Part shown: positions 35,379-47,365 of the stretch, one piece after another
How positions within the stretch are numbered: position 1 is the stretch's first letter
Layout of the letters: each line of letters opens with the position of its first letter
Origin: Novakomyces olei
Lineage: Eukaryota
Assembly (NCBI GenBank): GCA_016906335.1
Contig: JADEYG010000009.1
Coordinates: 1,488,001-1,552,000 of the forward strand
Length of the DNA stretch: 64,000 bases
Reading direction: 5' to 3'
The notes under the pieces: generated by a model
What the model was told of the DNA's origin: nothing
Database searches by the model: none
What the model saw: the letters and a program-made list of their open reading frames with translations, nothing else
Made by a program: the position numbers and the translations under genes

Positions 35379-35392
35379 TAACCCTAACCCTT
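35379..35392. promoter_or_regulatory. TAACCCTAACCCT telobox/AACCCT-type motif in the CEM1-HRP1 divergent promoter
   Basis: Two telomere-like hexamers, plus nearby TAAGGG variants, in a 420-bp bidirectional promoter. Confidence 0.4.
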
Positions 35393-35585
35393 ATCATTAT
35401 ATATGGCCGATTATAAGGGCCGTTATGTACCATCTGCCCTCGTTTCAATTCGACGTCTTTTGCTCGATCCCTTTGTACTATTTTAAGGGCTATATTATAT
35501 TTTAAGGGTTACATTACAAAAGCAGGGTTTTCAGCCAGTAACAGATCAAAGTTCGGGCTGCTTGTCGCTCAAGGCTGAATTCACA

Positions 35586-37478
35586 ATGTCAGGAAACGCG
35601 GGCGAGTACGAAGATGAAGACGATCTCTTCAAGGATCTATAGTATGAAACGTGCAATTGGCAAGGTCCGCTAACCTTTAAAGTGGAGGAGATGAAGATGA
35701 GCAAAATAGCGGTGCTGGCAACACGGCAAAAGAGGCGACAGACGCTGAAACACAACCTCCGTCAAATGCTGAAGAGGCGGCTTTTGAAGCAGAGATGAAT
35801 GCGCCTGTAGAGTCTTCGGCTCCGGAGTCAACATTCGCTGCTGCCGATGCTGCTGCTGCCGCCATCTCGGCTGCTGCTGCTGCCGCTGCTGCTCGGCCGC
35901 CCTCTGAGCCACCAGCTTCGTCTCCTTCTCCTATAAAACAAGACGATGGGTAAGGCATTTGAATCTTGAAATAAAAGCATGAAATTTTGCAAACAATTGG
36001 GAATAATTACGGATGGAAGAGTCCAAATTAAAAAAAAAAAAAAAAAAAGAATGGAAAATCTCTGATAACAAGCACAATTGATTAAAAGCGCAAACAATGA
36101 ATGAAGCATAAAAGAATTGATTATTACTCAGATATAAGCAAATTGATAAAACCAAAATAGTGATTGAAGAGGAAAAACATAGAAAGAAAAGCGGCCTTGA
36201 ATTAGCTAATAAAACTAAAACTTGAAACAATTTGGTAATGCGCAATCAAACTAATTCCATAAAGCAAAATTGGTCACAGAAAGATGTTTGTTGGCGGTCT
36301 AAACTGGGACACTACAGATGGTACAGTGCACGAAATTTTGCTTCTTTTCTTCTTACAGTCAGAGAGTCTTCGGGACTACTTTTCACAGTATGGCGAAGTG
36401 ACGGAAAGTGTAGTTATGCGCGATCCCTCGACCGGACGTTCTCGCGGCTTCGCGTTTCTTACTTTTCGCGACCCTGAGAGCGTTTCAGAGGTGGTGACTA
36501 AAGAACACATCTTAGATGGCAAAATAGTATGTATTTTTTCAGCTGTTAGATTTGAGAATAGTTTGGTTAACTATGATCCTTTTTTCTTTGTTTCCGTGTG
36601 TTTTAGATTGATCCTAAACGGGCTATTCCACGTGAAGAGCAAGAGAAAACTGCAAAAATGTTTGTGGGTGGAATACACCAAGACGTAACGGAAGAAGAGT
36701 TTGTTGCTTATTTTGAGCGGTTCGGCAGCGTCCTGGATGCGACTCTCATGATGGACAAGGACACCGGTCGACCACGCGGATTTGGATTTGTTACATTTGA
36801 AAACGACGACGCTTTGGACTCTGTTCTTCAGCAGCCAGTGCTGGAGCTGCACGACAAGCGGGTATGAAGAAGGATTTATTTGTTTATTTATTTAGTTATT
36901 AAATAATTAATTGGTAGGTTGAAGTGCGTCGAGCAACACCTAAAGGCCGACCCGGTTTTAGCGAGGGCCGTGGTGGGCAAGGCGGTTCCCATGGTGGATC
37001 CTACGGATACAACCGTGGAGGTGGGGGCCAGCACGGACGCGGTGGGGGCCAGTATGGAGGCAATGGAGGCGCTGGAGCCGGAGACAATGCGAACCCGTAT
37101 TCGAATATGGCTCCGGCCATGATGGCGCAGTATTACCGCCAGATGCAAGCCTACTTTCAAGCAATGCAAAACCTGAATAGGGGCCAGCAAGGAGCAAATG
37201 TGGGAAATGACAACAATGGTGGAAACACGATCTCCATGATGACAGCAATGATGCAGCAGCAAAACCCTAATGCAAACACTCAGCAGTTGCAGCAAATGTT
37301 ACAGGGTCAAATGCAACAGCAGCAGTATGGACATGACCGAGAAGACTCGCCCTTATCGGCCCCACAGGCGCCACGAAATCAGGGCTACCGTGCAGGCGGC
37401 GGCAACAATGGTGATCGTCGTGGGAACCGTGGTGGGTATCGTGGAGGCCGAGGGGGATTTCACCCTTACACGCGTTAA
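35586..37478 (+). CDS. HRP1: Two-RRM hnRNP A/B-Musashi/Hrp1-like RNA-binding protein, 6 exons
   Basis: KMFVGGLNWDTTDESLRDYF; RSRGFAFLTF; KMFVGGI; RPRGFGFVTF; RGG- and Q-rich tail; C-terminal PY-NLS-like FHPYTR. Confidence 0.88.
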
Positions 37479-37949
37479 AAACTGAGTTAAGATGAAAAGA
37501 AAAGAGAGGAATAAAAGGCGCGAATTGTGAACCTTTGAAATCAATTTAAATTAGTGTTTAATCTAGTGTAAATATCGTTTGTAGCGAGTAGAAACAGTGT
37601 ATTAGGCACAGTTTTCAAAAATAAATTGATGGATTAAATAATAATAAATTGTAATTACGCTATTAATTATTAACTAAATTATTAATTAATTATATTATAG
37701 GAGTATATTCAACGGCAAATGAATATGACCAAATAGCGACGACCATTATACGTATATTCATTATTCGCGACAGAATTTATATGCAATTAATGTTACTGCA
37801 AAGTACGTTACTTGTGGATCTCCTCTATATTCAAGCAACGTCGTGCGTTATAATTCGTTTTATATACATAAAAAACGCGATACTTTTTGGCAACGCGGTC
37901 TCGTAAACGACCAACCAAAATCTGGATTGATTGCACGTAAACAACGGCA

Positions 37950-39320
37950 ATGGCCAAGAGCCGAGACGCGTCGACGCGTCACAGCGGCAAAAGCGGCAAT
38001 GTGAAATCAGCGCACGCGATTGAAAGCGACAGAGCCGAAGTTTTACGTCGGCAGAACGGGTCTCCGTTCCGTATTGAAAAGGCACCAAGGAAAACTCCAC
38101 AGGGCAGTAAAAGCAGAGCAGCTACTGCCTCATCGTTGCTAAAACAAAGCACATCTGCACACTCAAAGCCAAAAAAGTCCTCCGTGTTTGGATGGAAGGC
38201 TCTGTCGCTTTTTAAAAATGTAGCAAAAGATTTCAAAAGGTTCATTGTCGATGCTGAGCCTGTATCGAAATTTGATGCCTTCAAGGTCAAAGAGCCACTC
38301 GAGGCTGAAGAATTGCCGCCTGCAAACACGTCATTCACCGTTACTGAGCCTGTTTTAAAGCAGGAGCTTCCGCACGTGGCGGAAAGACCACAGATTCGCA
38401 CGCAGAGCTCAGTCAACAGTTTGGCTGAAGTGCCAAATTATACAGAGCAATCGGCTGCAAGGGCCGTTGCGGCAGCGCGTCCGGGCTATATGAAGAGTCT
38501 GCGATCATCTTCAAGCGCGTCTGGGCGGTCGGTACTGCCAGTTGTCACTGAGCAGAATGAAAAACCAGAGTTCAAAGGCGAAGAAAAGCCGGCACCACCG
38601 GTCTCGAGTGAGAATAGCCAGCGCTGTGCTTCGCAGAGCTCTGTTGTAAATTCCGTTTCGTCTTTCTGGCCTTCCAGCGCAACCGATGTTTCGGACTCTG
38701 TAACGATTCCAAGGGAGCAGTGGAACGAAATACTGGATCGCATTGAGCGGTTAGAAAACCAGCAAAAGGCCACAGCCGCTATTAACCCTAACCCTAATAA
38801 TAGCATTACGGATTCGCCTGTTTCCACTGGCTTGCCTCCGCCCCTCCCACAAAGGTCACCGTTACGGCCAAGAGTCTCGCCCCGGCGGCACGACAAGCTT
38901 TCGCACGAGCATCGGCCCGATCAAGCTTTGGTTTACAGCAGTTCTGCATACGATTTAGGGGGCAATGCCGAGGCAATTTACAGTAACCGCAGTAAACTAC
39001 TCTTGAACGGTTCATCTAGAAACAGTTTGGATGCATTTACAAGGGATTCTAATAATGAGAACAGCGAACCAGTGCGTGGCACTGTAACGCCTTTGAGAAA
39101 GGGGAAAACAAAGCCTCTTAAATTAACACGCTCTTCGACAGAACCTTACTTGACCAACCCACGTGGTTCTTTGACCCGTGCCGCGCTGGAAAGAGAAGAT
39201 TCTTGTAGTACACTTCGTACTGAATCAAACGCGTCTATGGACATTGTTGGTTTCAGTCTGGACCCATTTGAAAGCTTCTCGCCGGTCGCGCTTAAGCAAG
39301 AAAATTCTTTTCTCAACTAA
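37950..39320 (+). CDS. Hypothetical Ser/Pro-rich, largely disordered protein (456 aa), intronless
   Basis: Long ORF flanked by AT-rich spacers, with a short coiled coil (WNEILDRIERLENQQ) and several SP/TP sites. Confidence 0.75.
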   Translation: MAKSRDASTRHSGKSGNVKSAHAIESDRAEVLRRQNGSPFRIEKAPRKTPQGSKSRAATASSLLKQSTSAHSKPKKSSVFGWKALSLFKNVAKDFKRFIVDAEPVSKFDAFKVKEPLEAEELPPANTSFTVTEPVLKQELPHVAERPQIRTQSSVNSLAEVPNYTEQSAARAVAAARPGYMKSLRSSSSASGRSVLPVVTEQNEKPEFKGEEKPAPPVSSENSQRCASQSSVVNSVSSFWPSSATDVSDSVTIPREQWNEILDRIERLENQQKATAAINPNPNNSITDSPVSTGLPPPLPQRSPLRPRVSPRRHDKLSHEHRPDQALVYSSSAYDLGGNAEAIYSNRSKLLLNGSSRNSLDAFTRDSNNENSEPVRGTVTPLRKGKTKPLKLTRSSTEPYLTNPRGSLTRAALEREDSCSTLRTESNASMDIVGFSLDPFESFSPVALKQENSFLN

Positions 39321-39546
39321 CATGCGTGAAGTTGAAATTAAAGATCAAAAGCGAAACAGACAAAAATTTTGAGAAATAACAGAAAAAGAAAAATAACGTG
39401 TTTAAATATACCCGTATATTGCGAATAATAGAGTAATTGAGTTTAGACTTGTTGGACATATATTAATCAATGCCTTTTCTAATTTGTGATTAGCCTATGT
39501 TTGACAGTGCAGATATGTTTTAGACACGTAAGTGTTTTGAATAATC

Positions 39547-39549
39547 AAT

Positions 39550-39644
<95 letters not shown>

Positions 39645-39651
39645 CTTATTT
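39547..39651. repeat. (TTTA)n microsatellite, about 25 units
   Basis: Read directly; lies just downstream of the PRP6 stop codon. Confidence 0.97.
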
Positions 39652-39699
39652 AATCATGTATTCATAAATGAATTTTCATTCAAAATTTGGACCCTTTAA

Positions 39700-42522
39700 T
39701 CATACTTTGTCGACTAATCGACGATCAAGGGTTGCGACAGCTTCGGAAGCCAAAGGCAGCAGTTCACTGGTAGACTTCCTTGAATTCTCAATGGCCTTCA
39801 CTACTTCCGGCCAGACAAGTCCATGCCGGGGCCCAGCAATGCCGCACTGCTCAACAATTTTGGCCAGTTCCTCACTTGTCCCTCGCTCCGCAGTGAACCG
39901 GTAAAGCCAGGCCCAGGTATCGCCAATGTCTGGGTCGACTTTGATGGCCTTCAACAGCCAATCCTTTGCCTTCTCCAGCTTCCTTTCCGCCCAGAAAACC
40001 CGGGCAACTGTTGCTAAGAGAAAAGGATCATTATCAACTTTACGCAGAGCATCAATCGCTCTCGGGCGCTGCTGAGTTCGGGGCTCTAGCGCTATCAAAA
40101 CTGACCACAGCAGTCCGGCAGTTGGACACTCCTGCAGAGCTTTAGCAAGCATACTCTTAGCCTGACCTGATCGGCCGTGGCCGAGTTCCATAACGACACT
40201 TTCAAACCACAATCGTGGCGATTTGGCGTTCGCCAGTCGAGCACGCTCGAGCACATTACGGGCTCTAATGGGAACGCCCATCTGCTCTTCAACTCGAGCG
40301 TACATTATCCATAACGGAATTGAATGAGGACACAATTTGACTCCCCGTTGAAACGCCTCTCTGGCCAGATCAAGTTCGCCTCGTGCCTGGTATATTTGGC
40401 CTTTAATCATGAAAAATTTAGCAAAATTTGGACTCGTATTCGCGGCTCTAGATCGTGGATTAGACGCGTTTGTATTGGAGGTGCTTTTTTCTTTTTCTCC
40501 AAACTTTTCTATGGCCTTGTCAGCAAGCTCAAGCGCTTCCTCAGCCCGGCCTTGCTGCCTGGCAAACGTGACTGACCGGATCCACACTCGTTCAGTGCCT
40601 GCTCTCTCACGTGCAACAGCAAGTAAGGCGCCAGCTCGTTCGTCCTGCCGACTTTCGTACTCTAATTTAACTGCCGCCAGCCAAATCTCTTCGCTATTGG
40701 CATTGTACTCAAACGCCCGACTAAGAATTGCTCTTGCGCCTTCCACATCGCCCGCTGATTGCCACCGTTCCTTTGCGTACATGAGCCAAAGCACTTGCTC
40801 GTGTGGAACTGTCTCTACCGCTTTCTCCAATACTGCTGCCAGAGACTCACGGGTCCCGTGAGTCTTTTCTAAATTGGCTGCTTTGCGCCATAGTTGGAAC
40901 GCGTCTTCGGGCTGAGAACGAAGTGCGTACGCGTAAACTGCCCGAGCACAGTTTATGGAGCCACGTGACTCGAGAGCAGCAGCATCATCGAGCCAAACAT
41001 CCTCCTGTACTTGCGGATCCAGGCCCTGGCCGAGGGTGGCCTTTATAATAGCTTGAGCAGTTGTATTTGCTCCCTCTGACTCACATTTTTCTGCCTCCGC
41101 CAGCCATTGCTCTCGCTGAAGCATTCCGCCTCTTTTTTCCAGCTCCTTGATGCCTCTGGCAATTATTGAATCCACTCGTGAAGCCTCAGTGCCCTGCTGC
41201 TCTTCCAGCCGGGCAGCGGCAATCCATACTTCATAGGAAGTATGCAGAGTATTTCGAGCTTTATTCAACACTTTTCTCGCATTTTCTGCAGTTTCCAGGC
41301 GAGCAAGAGCAAGCCAGAGCTCCACTGCCTCGGGGATCAGTTCAGTAGCCCGGGCCAGTAGCAGTCGAGCGTTACGGGGGTCGTCTTCCAGGTTCACTGC
41401 CTCTTTCCATAATCGCACAGAGCTGGGTATCATTTCTAAAGCTCTCCGTAACACCTTTTGTTTGTGAATTTGGTCAGTTTCCAGGTCAGTCGCCTGCAAC
41501 CAGAGCCGTACAGAGTGTGGTAAATGCCGTACTGCCTCGGCCAGCACGACTTTGGCGTTGGGGACAGTATTTAACCTCACACTTTCCAGCCAAACGTCTT
41601 CAACTTGCGGGCAGTTTTCACAGCCTTTAGCAATAATCGCACGGGCTTGACCTATTTTGCCCGCAATTTCTTCCAATCGTGCTGCTGCTATCCACCCGGG
41701 AGCATGCTTAGGGTTTGTATTTGTTACGGACTGCAGTAATAGCCTCGCCTTTTTAATATCACTAATGTCCGCGCCCAATTTGGGGACCATTGTATTAAGG
41801 CTGGTAAGGTAGCCCTTTGCGTCTATTGTAGAACTCGTGCCGGACGCACTCGCTGATTGGTCCAATTTAATGCCCATCATTTTATCTCGAGCAGCTCCAA
41901 TTTCTTCGAAATTTGTCTTGCTGCCTCCGTTACTTGAATCCTCCGTACCGACCTCGTCATTGTCCTCGGTAACATCTACACTAGAATTATTTTGCACTTG
42001 GTTTTGCGCTTGTGCGAGAAAGGTGTCACTCACTGCGTAATAGCGTTCGCGTCTCGGTTCCTTGTTTAATCGCCGTTTCCGTGTCCGATCACCGACTTCC
42101 GGCAGATTCGCCCATTCATCCTCCGTTACTTGTGCTAAAGCCCGTTTTGCGTCGGCAAACTGCCGCTGGATCTTTGTTCCTTCTGCGATCGCTTGTTCTT
42201 CTATTTTCTTCTCCTGTAACTCTCGTTGCCTTTTCCGTCTTTCTGCCATTTTATCATCGATCGCCTTCCATACCCGATCAGCCTCCTCATCGTCTGCATC
42301 GTATGGAAGCCCAGAAAAAAGGCCACTCTCCTCGTCTGCATCGTCAAATTGGCCCTCTTCTTTTCGCTCAATCGCAGCCTTGATCTCTTCATCAGTCGGC
42401 GCCTCTTTTGCAGGACCCAAATCTGACCGAGTGGTAAAGCCGGTGGCGCCGCGACCAATGCCGGCGACGTAGCCTTCCGGCGCTGACATTTGGAGGAACT
42501 CGCGGCGCCCTGGTGGAGGCAT
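39700..42522 (-). CDS. PRP6: U5 snRNP HAT/TPR splicing factor Prp6 (Prp1), intronless
   Basis: APEGYVAGIGRGATGFTTRSDLGPA; DIKKARLLLQSVTNTNPKHAPGWIAAARLEE; multiple HAT repeats; DPDIGDTWAW. First ATG at 42522. Confidence 0.96.
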   Translation of the reverse strand: MPPPGRREFLQMSAPEGYVAGIGRGATGFTTRSDLGPAKEAPTDEEIKAAIERKEEGQFDDADEESGLFSGLPYDADDEEADRVWKAIDDKMAERRKRQRELQEKKIEEQAIAEGTKIQRQFADAKRALAQVTEDEWANLPEVGDRTRKRRLNKEPRRERYYAVSDTFLAQAQNQVQNNSSVDVTEDNDEVGTEDSSNGGSKTNFEEIGAARDKMMGIKLDQSASASGTSSTIDAKGYLTSLNTMVPKLGADISDIKKARLLLQSVTNTNPKHAPGWIAAARLEEIAGKIGQARAIIAKGCENCPQVEDVWLESVRLNTVPNAKVVLAEAVRHLPHSVRLWLQATDLETDQIHKQKVLRRALEMIPSSVRLWKEAVNLEDDPRNARLLLARATELIPEAVELWLALARLETAENARKVLNKARNTLHTSYEVWIAAARLEEQQGTEASRVDSIIARGIKELEKRGGMLQREQWLAEAEKCESEGANTTAQAIIKATLGQGLDPQVQEDVWLDDAAALESRGSINCARAVYAYALRSQPEDAFQLWRKAANLEKTHGTRESLAAVLEKAVETVPHEQVLWLMYAKERWQSAGDVEGARAILSRAFEYNANSEEIWLAAVKLEYESRQDERAGALLAVARERAGTERVWIRSVTFARQQGRAEEALELADKAIEKFGEKEKSTSNTNASNPRSRAANTSPNFAKFFMIKGQIYQARGELDLAREAFQRGVKLCPHSIPLWIMYARVEEQMGVPIRARNVLERARLANAKSPRLWFESVVMELGHGRSGQAKSMLAKALQECPTAGLLWSVLIALEPRTQQRPRAIDALRKVDNDPFLLATVARVFWAERKLEKAKDWLLKAIKVDPDIGDTWAWLYRFTAERGTSEELAKIVEQCGIAGPRHGLVWPEVVKAIENSRKSTSELLPLASEAVATLDRRLVDKV

Positions 42523-42714
42523 TTTGCGAGCTTGCAGGTCGAGAACAGCAGCAAACAATTGTATTTTTATTTTATAAATATTATTTATAAATTATGACAG
42601 AATATAAAAGAAAATCATGGCTCACATAATAATATATAGCAGAATAAGCCATACCCTTAATCTATCTCGTAATTCAGTTCACCTATTATTTTTGTAATTT
42701 TTATTCGTTATACA

Positions 42715-42784
42715 CTTACTATTCTTTTACATTTACTATTCTTTTACATTTACTATTCTTTACATTTACTATTCTTCACATTTA
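42715..42784. repeat. About 17-bp tandem repeat (TTACTATTCTTTTACAT) x4 in the PRP6-DCD1 divergent promoter
   Basis: Read directly from the sequence. Confidence 0.85.
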
Positions 42785-42887
42785 CAATTTGGTGTCGTCC
42801 AATTTAGCAACTTTTTAATATTAATTGGTTCAATACTCCAAGTACAGAATTGCAGCATGCTTCAAAAACGTGTATGACTAGAGCTCA

Positions 42888-44162
42888 ATGGTACTCGTGG
42901 GCCTGTGTGGCCCGATATGTGCGGGCAAACAGACCGTGGCTTCTATGCTAGCCAGTGATCATGAATTTCGGGTGGTCAATCTCAACTCAAATGGAGCTGA
43001 AGACAAAGATAATGACAGTTTCAGCGACTGCAACGCGCTAGATCGGTTTGTCTTGAAGTACTGGCTACGTCATTTTGTCGTGCCTCGAATTGAGGGCCTG
43101 AAAGATTTAGAGATTTTGGCGAAACGACCTCATTTTCTCCTTGTTCTTGTCGATGCTCCCATGAGTGTTCGGTATGAACGTTATTTGAAAAAGTGAGTTT
43201 TGGATGCTTTCTTTTTACAAAAATAAAAGGATTGTAAAGAAGCCATATGTTCAGTGCAAGACGAGCCTATGGGGATGTATTAAATTTTTTTGTGTCTATT
43301 TATTTCCTCCCTTATTCGCGTAATTTAACGTCAAGGTACGGCCGAAATTGTGAAGAATATACGCTGCAACAATTTGTACACGATTCTGACAGTGATGTGT
43401 ACGATGACACGTATGGCCGTGTACACCTGTACGATCGCGCTCAGGTACGCGTGCTCAATGCAACGTCGTCATTGGCTGCCTTACGCGACAGTTTGACTAC
43501 CTTAAACTTGCTGGACGACGATCGTTTCCGGCCTTCTTGGGACGCATATTTTATGCGACTGGCCAGTCTTGCGGCTTTACGGAGCAATTGCATGAAACGA
43601 CGAGTTGGCTGTGTTTTAGTACGCGATCACCGTGTAATTTCTACGGGATACAATGGGACTCCACGTGGATTAGTGAATTGCAACCAAGGCGGGTGCCCTC
43701 GATGCAATGGTGGGGCTGTTGGCGGTGAAAATTTGGGGACTTGTCTATGTCTTCATGCAGAGGTTAGACAAATACATATATACCAATATTGATTGCAATA
43801 CTTATTACAGGAAAACGCACTGCTAGAGGCTGGAAAGGAGCGTATTGGAACATCAACGATTTTATATTGCAACACTTGCCCCTGTCTGACATGTTCCGTA
43901 AAGATCAGTCAGGTCGGTATTCGTGAGGGTAAGACAAGCTGCTTTTGCCTGTTTATTGAATAATCTTACTTCTCATCTACTTGTCTGTGTGGCTCTTGAA
44001 ATTTTGATATATACCCATGTTTTATATTCACCTTTTCTAATTCCAGTCATTTACCACGTTGCCTACAGCATGGATAATGCATCAGCGGAGATTCTGCGTA
44101 AAGGTGGCGTTGTTCTCCGACAGTATTTGCCGCCGGGTGAGTCGGTGATTATAAGGAATTAG
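42888..44162 (+). CDS. DCD1: Deoxycytidylate (dCMP) deaminase, 4 exons
   Basis: N-terminal P-loop-like GLCGPICAGK; RPSWDAYFM; SNCMKRRVG; STGYNGTPRG; CLCLHAE/ENA; TCPCLTCSVKI. Confidence 0.94.
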
Positions 44163-44996
44163 TCGAGGACTGCAGAATGAAGCAAATGCGTCATATGTGA
44201 CAGAGATTAGAAAGGCTAATTAAATTAGAAAGGTTAATTAAATTAGAAAATAGCCATGTCGAGTATTGATTATACTCGAAACTTCCAATTATTCGACTTT
44301 CTTGATAAATCTGTTTTAATTATTTAACTTACTCACTTATTAAATTTAACTAATCTTTTTTCCTGCAGATTTTAGTTGACTCCATAATCTCGACGCAGCA
44401 ATGTTAAGAGTATTTGTAAAAAAAAAATTTGGTTTAGGGTTTACTAGGTCTTTATGACTAAGCAAGTCAAATTCAGAAAAAACTGACCAAGGCATTTGGC
44501 AATGAATTGCCGCATTAGGTAGAAACTTTTAGTTTAAAAGCCATTAGGAAACGAATTTCGAAATAAAGCAGCAACAATTCTCAATTAAAAAGTGCTCTTT
44601 TGACTTGTCATGAGATATTTGTGCGACTTCTTCATCTCGTTTTATGGTTGAGCTGTTGGATATCATGCTTCTCTATGTTAATGTATAATTCCAGGGCTAA
44701 AATGGTCCCTAAACATTTTGAATATAAATAAATTAATTTTAAACAAACGATAATTTAAAGCAATATAAAAAAAAGCCAATCGTGCCTTGCAATAGATTTC
44801 TGTTTGTTTTCTTTCATACTCATTTTTACTCTGCATGTGCTACTACGCTTTTTTCAACGGCATTGTATTTTTTTTAATTATATTTATAATCTATTAATTT
44901 ATTTTTCTTTATTAGGCAAGTATATTCAATTAATTTTTTTTAATACTCGCATGATCTATACAGTCGCACATTAACAAATATTTCTGAACGGCAACC

Positions 44997-46820
44997 ATGG
45001 TGGAAGCTCAGGCTTCAAAGCGCCAACGCATAGAAAGTCAGAATTACTTTCAAAATGGCCTGTTTGAGCATAAAGCAGTAAAGCAATTGACCTCGGAGTA
45101 TTCATCTTCGCAGCCGTAAGTACTGAATCCGATTGAAACGAAGGGAACCAAAATGGTTGAAATTAAGAAAAAGATTGATACGACATGACAAAATTTTGGA
45201 GGAGATTGGATTTGAAAAGGACATTAAAAATGGGATAAATTAAGAATAAGAATGTGTCCCTGGCTAAAATGACGGCGTATTAATTCTAGCCTCTGAATAA
45301 TGCAAATAAGCTCTAAACAGTACAGGTACCGGCATGCAATTATTCGGCCTTTGATAGAAGACTCGTTGCTGCGCGCAGTCAGAAAAGAAATTCTTAATTG
45401 CCTCCATTTCACTCTGAAAGAAACAGACATTTACAAGGTTCGACAAACCGGTGATCTTGCAAATTTGTCCGGACTGCCTGAAAATGAAAGAGCACAATTG
45501 CCTTCACTCGCAAAACTACGTGAAGCTCTTTACTCTCCAAGTTTCCGTAAACTCTTATCCGAAGTTACAGCAAGTGGCCCATTGTCCGGCTGCAAAACTG
45601 ACATGTCTGTTAACCTCTACGATAAGGGTTGCCATCTACTGAACCACGATGATGTAATTGGCACACGAGCAATCTCATACATACTTTATCTGACTGACCC
45701 CGATGATCCTTGGCAGCCAGAGTGGGGTGGAGCCTTACGGCTTTACCCGACAGCAAAGCCGGGATTCCCCGAGGCAGACCCTACTGTAGTGCTTCCACCA
45801 CAGTGGAATCAATTGGCTTTTTTCCAAGTGCAGCCGGGCCACAGTTTCCATGATGTTGAGGAGGTTTATGTGGACAAACCGAGGCTTGCAGTTTCCGGCT
45901 GGTTTCATGTTCCGCAGCCCGGTGAGGAAGGTTATACTGCAGAATCGGGCAAGCATGCTGAGAATATGAGTACTTTACAATCCCTTACGACTTCGAACTC
46001 TGATAATTTGGAAAAGCCTCAGCTTGAATGGCAGTCTAATGCTGAAAACTCGGAGCTGAAGGATTTCAAATATATTTCATCTGAATTAGGGCCTTTTATA
46101 AATCCAGAGTACCTTGATCCTGAGCGGTGCAAGCAGCTGAAGGAGAGTTTTGTGGAATCGTCGTTTCTGCGTCTTGCGGATTTTTTAAACAAAGAAACTA
46201 GTGATGATCTACGGACGGCTTTACTAACGCAGGATAGTGTATATAAATCTTGCAAAAGTAAGACGAACCTCGAGAAGGAGAGCTTTGCGGTCAAAGAGAA
46301 CTTTAAACATGCTGACGGTAAAGACGCGGACTGGAGTACTTCAGTACCGCCCCACAAACACAGGTACCAGTATTATACTGGCAATAGGGGTCCATTACCG
46401 ATGTTTTTAATAAAAAACTCAGCCTTTGAGGCATGGATCTGCAAAGTCACGGGAGAATCCTTGACAGACGGAGAAGTACTAGCTCGAAGGTTCCGGCCGG
46501 GAAGTGATTACACACTGGCAGCTGCATCTGCTCAAGAGCCAGTTTTAGAGGCAAACCTTGATCTAACACCAAGTGACTTGGGAGACAATGGAGGCTATCA
46601 AGTATACATGGCTCAGGACGATGACGGTGAAAATGAGGAAAATGCGGCTACATACAAGGCTGCAGAAGAAGACGGGATTCTACTTACTCAGGAGCCCGAG
46701 TTTAATGTGCTTAATATCGTGCTGAGGGAGCCAGGAATCCTCAAATTTGTAAAGTACGTGAATCGCGAGGCTGGCGGGTCCCGGTTCGATATATCGGCAA
46801 AGTACCGTATTGCGCCGTAA
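44997..46820 (+). CDS. TPA1: uS12 prolyl 3,4-dihydroxylase Tpa1/Ofd1 (OGFOD1), 2 exons
   Basis: Exon 1 MVEAQASKRQR...SSSQP; HFTLKETDIYKVRQTGDLAN; HLLNHDDVIG; ISYILYL; SFHDVEEV; SGWFH; LARRFRPGSDYTLA; LKFVKYV. Confidence 0.94.
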
Positions 46821-47365
46821 TCAAAGGATGCTAGCTGTAAATACGATTAATATGCATTAATATATATCCGTAGAAAAAAGGAGCATTACAAAAAGAATTG
46901 CTACTATATATATTTAAACAGGGTTTTATGCAAATTGCACACAATTGCACACAACCTGATTGTCTTTACTTGATATGAAGCAATGTTCAATTTCTTCCAT
47001 TAATTGGGATATTTTGGCTTTGAAATGTATTTTTTTTTTATCTCTAAATCACATGTACAAGCATATTTCCCCGCAAGAAGCACATGTATAAATAAGCAAT
47101 GACGACGTTCAAGGTGAAGCATAATAATGACGATAGATAAATGATAGAAATAATTGCGATAATGAATAAAGAAATAATAAAAGATTCACGTAAATGAGGA
47201 CAAACGACCAGAGCGATGAGACAAGGCAACAGCGAATGAATAATAGATGAAACTAATAGTGAATTGGCAGTGACATTGAGCGAGCAATAAGTAAATGAAG
47301 TAGATAATGAAATAAAAACAGACCCAATGCGTAATAAGCAAAGCAAAAAATAAACAAAGCAAATC

